Assembly: GCA_022820825.1 (NCBI GenBank)
Contig: JAJEEU010000034.1
Span: 5,030 to 69,029 of the forward strand
Direction: 5' to 3'
DNA from: Vicinamibacteria bacterium
Lineage (GTDB): Bacteria > Acidobacteriota > Vicinamibacteria > Vicinamibacterales > UBA8438
DNA: 64,000 nt
Below the pieces are notes generated by a model. It was not told where the DNA came from and ran no database searches. It was given only the letters and a program-made list of their open reading frames with translations. The position numbers were made by a program, and so were the translations under genes. This document shows positions 58,932 through 64,000 of the stretch, piece after piece (positions within the stretch are counted from its first letter, which is position 1; each line of letters opens with the position of its first letter).

Positions 58932-59687
58932 TCAACGGACGCGCAGCACGAGGAAATCGTAGCCGTAGAAGTCCGAGCAGGCGCGCCAGATGTCTATTTC
59001 GTGCTGGCACTGGTCCGCCAGCGCTTGTGCATCCGGCGCGTCGCGATGACGCTTGCGGAATGCGGCCACGTTGTCCTGCAGCGGCCGGTAGAAGTCGTCC
59101 CACCACGCCGACGCGGGTAGCGGAAAGTGCGCCACGGTCTCGTAGCCGCACCCCTCGACGGCTTCCAGGAGCGCGGAGGTGTCGCGGATTGCCGGGTACT
59201 CCCGCTTCCAGAACGCAGCGCATTCGGCCGGCGGCGCGGGCTTCCGCCAGCACACTTCGGTCAACGCGACGTGTCCGTTGCGCCGCAGCAACCGGCGCCA
59301 GTCGCGCAGGCCCGCTTCGACACCCATGATGTAGATGGCTCCTTCGCACCAGATCAGATCGAAGGAACCGTCCGCGAAGTCGAGACTGCGCATGTCCGCC
59401 ACGCGCGCTTCCAGCCGGTCCGTGATGCCCAGCCTGCGTGCCTCGCGGTTCAGGGCGTCTATGAATGGTGGATGGTTGTCGACGGCTACGATGCGCGACG
59501 GCGAGCTGTCCGCCAGCACCAGAGTCTGGGCGCCGGTCCCGCAGCCGATGTCGAGCACGCGCGTCCGCGGCCCGACGCCGGGCACGAGCCCGAGGGCTCG
59601 TCGGGTGCTCGCCGTGCTTCCCGGTCCCTGCCGGGGCAGTCCACTGAACAGCTCGAAGAACAGCGCGGCGGCTCGATCTCGCGGCAT
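58932..59687 (-). CDS. class I SAM-dependent methyltransferase
   Basis: 251 aa. SAM motif I is VLDIGCGTGAQTLVLA. Motifs FDLIWCEGAIY and LLRRNGHVAL are also present. Confidence 0.85.
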   Translation of the reverse strand: MPRDRAAALFFELFSGLPRQGPGSTASTRRALGLVPGVGPRTRVLDIGCGTGAQTLVLADSSPSRIVAVDNHPPFIDALNREARRLGITDRLEARVADMRSLDFADGSFDLIWCEGAIYIMGVEAGLRDWRRLLRRNGHVALTEVCWRKPAPPAECAAFWKREYPAIRDTSALLEAVEGCGYETVAHFPLPASAWWDDFYRPLQDNVAAFRKRHRDAPDAQALADQCQHEIDIWRACSDFYGYDFLVLRVR

Positions 59688-59731
59688 GACCCCTATTGTC
59701 GACGGTTTACTCGGCGTCGGCAGCTCGCGCG

Positions 59732-60127
59732 TTATTCCTTACCTGGTTCTTCGTCAGTCGGCCGCCACGCCTCGAACTTCTCCAGCTCATCCCTGACGGC
59801 GGCCACCACCCAGGCGATCACCGCGGCGTCGTCCACGAGTCCCAATCCCGCAATGAAGTCCGGAACGAGATCGGTCGGCATGAGGAAATACACGACCGCG
59901 CCGACGATGAGCACCAGATTGACGTTCGAGACGCCGGAGTACGCGCCCCCCGCCCACGCCTGCACCAGGTGGAGCATCGTCTTCAGCTCCGCAAGTACCC
60001 GCTTGAGACGACGCGCCGTCCCGGCAGATGCCTGCTTGCGCCGTGCCTGCTCGACGATGCGCAGCAGCTCCTGCGGCGACTCGATGAGGCGCCGCGCCCG
60101 GACCCGTGCGAAGCGTGGCAGCTTCAT
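59732..60127 (-). CDS. YkvA/DUF1232 family membrane protein
   Basis: Start re-called to MKLPRFARVRARRL. The motif is VVYFLMPTDLVPDFIAGLGLVDDAAVIAWV. Confidence 0.75.
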   Translation of the reverse strand: MKLPRFARVRARRLIESPQELLRIVEQARRKQASAGTARRLKRVLAELKTMLHLVQAWAGGAYSGVSNVNLVLIVGAVVYFLMPTDLVPDFIAGLGLVDDAAVIAWVVAAVRDELEKFEAWRPTDEEPGKE

Positions 60128-60132
60128 GATCT

Positions 60133-60787
60133 CTAAGGTGAGGTGGCCCCGATTTCGTGGAGCGGTGTGGAGCCGGCGCGCAGGCGCTGCAGCGCGGCCC
60201 GGCCGCGTGGCGACAGCTCGTAACCGACGGGCAGGCTGACGGTCAGCCCGAGGTTCTTGAGCTTGCGGACCTGGGGCTTCAGCCAGTCCTTCTCGCAACC
60301 CAGCCCCTGCGCCATTACCCGGGCAGCCACCCCCGGGCGGGCCTCGATCTGGGCCAGCACGCGCAGCGTCCACGAACCGGTCGCCGACCTCGCGTCGAGC
60401 CGGCCCAGCCGTCGCAGGAGCTCGTCGGCGTCCGCTTCCGAGAGCTCGTCCTGTCGCCGTAGTGCGACGCGCGGATCGGGCCCTCCGTACTCCACGACGA
60501 TGCGATAGAGCTGCCCCGCGCGCGCCGAGATCGTCGAGCAACGCGGCCCGCGAGGCATATCCCGCTGCCGTCGCCTCCGCATCGGAGACGTCCGAATCCT
60601 GCACGGCTGTGACTTCGAGAATGCGGAGCACCCCGACGGCAGTGCGCAGGCTGCCGCCGGTGCGGACCGTGGGCCTTCGCCAGCGGCGAAAAACCAGCGA
60701 GACCTCTCTCCGCACGATGCGCTCGAGCACGGCGGTCCGCAGCAGCACGGGTGTCCTCAGTCTTCCGTCGTCAGCGGGTACGTTCAA
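60133..60787 (-). pseudogene. frameshifted gene (ASCH-like N-terminus plus winged-helix-like C-terminus), or an assembly indel
   Basis: Frame A runs 60787 to about 60520: ...VLLRTAVLERIVRREVSLVFRRWRRPTVRTGGSLRTAVGVLRI...AAGYASRAALLDDLGARG. Frame B runs from about 60520 to 60133: QLYRIVVEYGGPDPRVALRRQDELSEADADELLRRLGRLD...KDWLKPQVRKLKNLGLTVSLPVGYELSPRGRAAL. They join if one base is removed in GGCGCGCGCGGGGCAG (plus-strand 60511-60526). Confidence 0.6.
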
Positions 60788-60821
60788 CGCACCCGACCGT
60801 TCATGAGGAGCGTTGAGCCGC

Positions 60822-62609
60822 TCACTCCGGCAATGCGAACACGAACAACGTGTTGCTGCCGCTCGGGGTGCTCAGCTCCGGGGTGATCTCCAGGAACCTG
60901 GTGCCCTGCGTGACGCCGCCGGCGCCGATCGCCACGTACTGGCGGCCGCCGACGCTGTAGGTCATGGGGCGGGCGCTGACCGGCCCGTTCAGGATGGTCT
61001 GCCAGAGCACGTCGCCGGTTTCGGCGTCGAAGGCCCTGAAGCGGCGCACGATGTCGCCCGAGAAGATCAGGTTGCCGCCCGTGGCGAGCAGCGAGCCGTA
61101 GATCGCGGCGCGCTGCTTGTAGCTCCAGAGCGTCTCGCCGGTCGACGCCGACACGGCTTCGATGTGCCCGACGGGCGCGGTATCGGGATCGGCGCCGGGC
61201 GCGTGCCGCATCTCGGTGCGGATGTCGTAGCTGTCGCTCGGCCCCGCCACCTCCACCGACATCCACAGATCCATGCAAGCGTTGTTGAGCGGCATGTACA
61301 GCGCGCCGGTGTCCGGGCTGTAGACCCCCGACGGCTGGTTCTTGCCACCCAGGATGTAGGGGCAGGCCAGTACGGATTCCGTTACGGAATACGGGGCCGT
61401 CGACTCGTCGATGATCGGCCGGCCGGTGTCGGGCTCGAGGCCGGTCATGATGTTCTGGTAGATGGTGGGCCGCGCCCACAGGAACTGCCCGGTGGCCGCG
61501 TCGAGCGTCCAGATGAAGCCGGTCTTGCCCGGAATGCCGGTGATGACCTTGCGCCGCTCGCCCGGACGCAGGTCCGGGTGGATCCAGGGCACCTCGGCCG
61601 GATTCGGCGCCACCTCGGTCTCCACGATGATCCGGTCGTAGGGGTGGTCGTAGTCCCAGTTGTCGCGCGGCAGGTGCTGGAAGTACCACTTCATCTCGCC
61701 GGTGTCCGGGTCGAGAGCCAGCGTGGAGTTCGTGTAGAGCAGGTCGGCCTTGCCGGAACCGCGCAGCTTCTCGGGCAGCGGCGACGGCGGTCCGGTGCCC
61801 CAGTAGGTGAGGTTGAGCTCGGGATCGTAGCTGCCGACCATCCAGGCCGACGCGTGCCGGCGGGCCGACAGCGGCAGGCCGCCCCACGTGTCGCCGCCCG
61901 GCTGGTCGGGCGTCGCCGCCGTGTTGATGCGCCACAGCTCCTCCCCGTTGCCGGCGTCGTGGCCCGTGATGAAGCAGCCGCCGGGCCGCGGGCTCTGCGG
62001 ATTGCAGCGCGAGCCGGTGACGACCTTGCCCTTCACGATGGTGGGTCCCGCCGTCTGGGCCACCTGCTCGCGGTAGTCGGCCCGCTGCGTCTCCCACACC
62101 ACCGCGCCGGTCCTCGCGTCGAGGGCGACGAGGTAGGCATCGTTGGTGGCCACGAAGATCTTGTCGTCGTAGAGCGCGACGTTGCGGTAGCGGGCGCGCG
62201 TGCCGGTCACGTTCCAGGGGTTGTCCGGCACGTTACGGTTGTATTCCCACAGCAGATCGCCCGTGGTGGCGTCCAGCGCCTGCACGATGTCCTCGACGTT
62301 GGGCAGGAACATGATGCCGTCGTAGACGAGCGGCTCCACCTCCTGGTAGCCCTCGCGCATCGCCCGCGACCAGACCAGGCGCAGCTCGCCGACGTTCCTG
62401 GAGTTGATCTGGTCCAGCTCGCTGTAGCCCCAGAGGCTGTAGCCGTTGCGGAAGCTGATCCAGTTCTCCGGCTTCGGCTGCAGCAGCATCTCGTCGGTGA
62501 CCGGCACGAAGCTCCGCAGCGGCTCGGGCACCTCCTGCGCGGCCGCACCGGGCGCCAGGAGCGACAGGCCCGCGGCCACTGCCAACGCCGTCGCCAATCG
62601 ACTTGCCAT
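60822..62609 (-). CDS. PQQ-dependent dehydrogenase (quinoprotein alcohol dehydrogenase family, 8-bladed propeller)
   Basis: Start re-called to MASRLATALAVAAGLSLLAPGAAA. Motifs: NWISFRNGYSLWGYSELDQIN..NVGELRLVW, PLVYDGIMF, ALDATTGDLLWEY, ALDARTGAVVWE, TWGGLP, AFDAETGDVLWQ. Confidence 0.85.
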   Translation of the reverse strand: MASRLATALAVAAGLSLLAPGAAAQEVPEPLRSFVPVTDEMLLQPKPENWISFRNGYSLWGYSELDQINSRNVGELRLVWSRAMREGYQEVEPLVYDGIMFLPNVEDIVQALDATTGDLLWEYNRNVPDNPWNVTGTRARYRNVALYDDKIFVATNDAYLVALDARTGAVVWETQRADYREQVAQTAGPTIVKGKVVTGSRCNPQSPRPGGCFITGHDAGNGEELWRINTAATPDQPGGDTWGGLPLSARRHASAWMVGSYDPELNLTYWGTGPPSPLPEKLRGSGKADLLYTNSTLALDPDTGEMKWYFQHLPRDNWDYDHPYDRIIVETEVAPNPAEVPWIHPDLRPGERRKVITGIPGKTGFIWTLDAATGQFLWARPTIYQNIMTGLEPDTGRPIIDESTAPYSVTESVLACPYILGGKNQPSGVYSPDTGALYMPLNNACMDLWMSVEVAGPSDSYDIRTEMRHAPGADPDTAPVGHIEAVSASTGETLWSYKQRAAIYGSLLATGGNLIFSGDIVRRFRAFDAETGDVLWQTILNGPVSARPMTYSVGGRQYVAIGAGGVTQGTRFLEITPELSTPSGSNTLFVFALPE

Positions 62610-62652
62610 CGTTCCGCCTTTCACAAGTCCCCGGCAGTCCATATGCGGGCTG

Positions 62653-63441
62653 CTAGCGGGTGAGGCTGTACATCATGTAGTTGATGCCCAGCTCGAACCC
62701 GACGCTCATCGGCTCGATAGGGAAATATCCCATCCCGCCCATCTGCCAGTACTCGGCCAGGTTCGTGTTGTAGTTGGCGACCGCCATCATGCGCCCGTTG
62801 GGGTCGTTGTCCTCGAACAGCCCGAAGTACTCCGGGATGCGGCCGAACAGGTGGTGGTAGCGCGGGTTCGGGATGTCGACCTTCTCGATGCGGAAGAACG
62901 CGTCGAATATTGGATGCGATATGTCCAGCGGGTGCCACTGCGAGCCGGGCAGCACGCGGTTCATCTGCGCCTCGAAATTCTCCCAGTGGTTTCCCTCGAA
63001 GTCGTTGAAGATCACGAAACCGCCCTTGAGCAGGTAGGCGCGCAGGCGGGCCGCCTGCTCGTCGGTCATCACCCAGAAGCCCGGCTCCTGCATGAGCGCT
63101 ATCGGATGCTTGAACAGGTGCGGGTCGTCGAGGGTCAGGATCAGGCTGGCCCGGGTGTTGGCGTCGACCAGCGTGAAGTCCTCGAGCATCGTCATCAGGT
63201 TCTGCTCGGCGCGCGGGAACTCGTGCAGCCACATGTTCCGACCGCCGCGGCCGGGGGTCCCGGCGCCGGAAGTACCTTCAGTCCAGCGCAGCCGGACGAA
63301 CGTGACGCCGCCGTCGTAGGGGATGTCGGGACGGCCCCAGTTGCCGAATCGGGACTGCGCCGAGACCGTGACGGCGCACCCCAGCACGGCGGCGACCACC
63401 ACCCGCCGCCATACCTTCGCGGTGTTCCTAGTTGGCGTCAT
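62653..63441 (-). CDS. DUF4159 domain protein (exported)
   Basis: 262 aa. Motifs: HEFPRAEQNLMTMLEDFT, LDDPHLFKHPIALMQEPGFWVMTDEQAARLRAYLLKGGFVIFNDF, ANYNTNLAEYWQ. Confidence 0.7.
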   Translation of the reverse strand: MTPTRNTAKVWRRVVVAAVLGCAVTVSAQSRFGNWGRPDIPYDGGVTFVRLRWTEGTSGAGTPGRGGRNMWLHEFPRAEQNLMTMLEDFTLVDANTRASLILTLDDPHLFKHPIALMQEPGFWVMTDEQAARLRAYLLKGGFVIFNDFEGNHWENFEAQMNRVLPGSQWHPLDISHPIFDAFFRIEKVDIPNPRYHHLFGRIPEYFGLFEDNDPNGRMMAVANYNTNLAEYWQMGGMGYFPIEPMSVGFELGINYMMYSLTR

Positions 63442-63649
63442 GCACCGTCACGGTGACATCCTGCGTGCGCCAGAGCACCCCGTCGAGCGCCATGGCCCGC
63501 AACACGAACCGGCCTGGCACGCTGGCGGACTGCCCATAGTGTCAAGAATGGCCCAGAACCCGCACCGGGTCAATCACATAAACTCCTTGCGGGGCGGGGA
63601 ATATCCGTGCGCGCGGCGCAGTCCCTACCGTTGCATACGGGAGGTGACC

Positions 63650-64000
63650 ATGCAGATGCGGACGAAACGAACGAGGATCGTCGCCGGCGTTGCGCTTGTC
63701 GCGGCCGCGTTTCTGGTGGCGGCCGCAGGCGTGACGGCACAGGGACGCGGCGGTCGGGGCCCTTTCGGCGGGGCGCTGCGCCACCTGGACCTGTCCGATG
63801 ACCAGCGCGCAGCGATCCGCGCCGTCGTACGGGAGCACCGCGAGAACGGCGCTGCGCAGCAGCGAGAGTTCAGAGCGGCGCTGCGGGAGCTCCGCGCGGC
63901 GACGACGGGCGAGGTGGTCAACGAGACGACCATCCGCGCCCTGGCGGCCGCCGCGGCGCCGCTGCAGGCGGATGCCGCAGTGCGGCGCGCGCAGTTGAAC
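63650..64000 (+). CDS. Spy/CpxP-family periplasmic protein (LTxxQ-type), partial at the right edge
   Basis: Not in the ORF track because there is no stop in the window. GGGAGG precedes the ATG at 63650. Translation: MQMRTKRTRIVAGVALVAAAFLVAAAGVTAQGRGGRGPFGGALRHLDLSDDQRAAIRAVVREHRENG... Confidence 0.65.
   Translation, partial: MQMRTKRTRIVAGVALVAAAFLVAAAGVTAQGRGGRGPFGGALRHLDLSDDQRAAIRAVVREHRENGAAQQREFRAALRELRAATTGEVVNETTIRALAAAAAPLQADAAVRRAQLN

Noticed and set aside
63428-63535. Short high-GC3 frame upstream of the DUF4159 gene (...GQSASVPGRFVLRAMALDGVLWRTQDVTVTVHDAN*)
   Set aside because: It is bounded by an in-frame TGA 35 codons before its stop and overlaps the DUF4159 start. The frame upstream of the TGA loses codon bias. 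It is probably a gene remnant or a chance frame, so it was not called.

Overview
Very GC-rich bacterial DNA, roughly 70% G+C by eye (not computed). Third codon positions are strongly G/C-biased, so both strands carry long spurious ORFs. Several ORF-track entries are artefactual fusions or antisense shadows. I re-called starts from signal peptides, RBS motifs, ATGA/GTGA stop-start overlaps and paralog alignment. The window is packed almost end to end with genes for exported or periplasmic proteins, mostly redox enzymes. The TonB-dependent receptor with a carboxypeptidase-regulatory-like N-terminus and the DUF1592/DUF1552 pairs suggest Acidobacteriota or a Planctomycetota-like lineage (inference). 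No rRNA, tRNA, CRISPR array, transposase or integrase was seen. Main observations: (1) Four paralogous triads of a di-haem DUF1592-type protein, a DUF1552 (HxxSHH) protein and a signal-peptide ankyrin protein lie within 38 kb. (2) Seven paralogs of an unnamed secreted family (PDLQGxW ... EMxHxxRxxPL ... RGxWEGDTLVVET ... YACHEGNY) are scattered through the same region. (3) A SelW/Rdx-like selenoprotein gene with an in-frame TGA (CxxU) is absent from the ORF track. (4) A roughly 100-nt GC-rich structured repeat occurs four times and shows compensatory base changes in a long-range stem. (5) Also present: a cytochrome c / copper-monooxygenase-like operon, a SoxCD/SorAB-like sulfite dehydrogenase, three PQQ dehydrogenases, Tat-signal VOC proteins, a Fur-family regulator with a Fur-box next to an adaptor-less RND pump, a small low-GC islet, a RelE/ParE toxin-antitoxin pair and one frameshifted gene.
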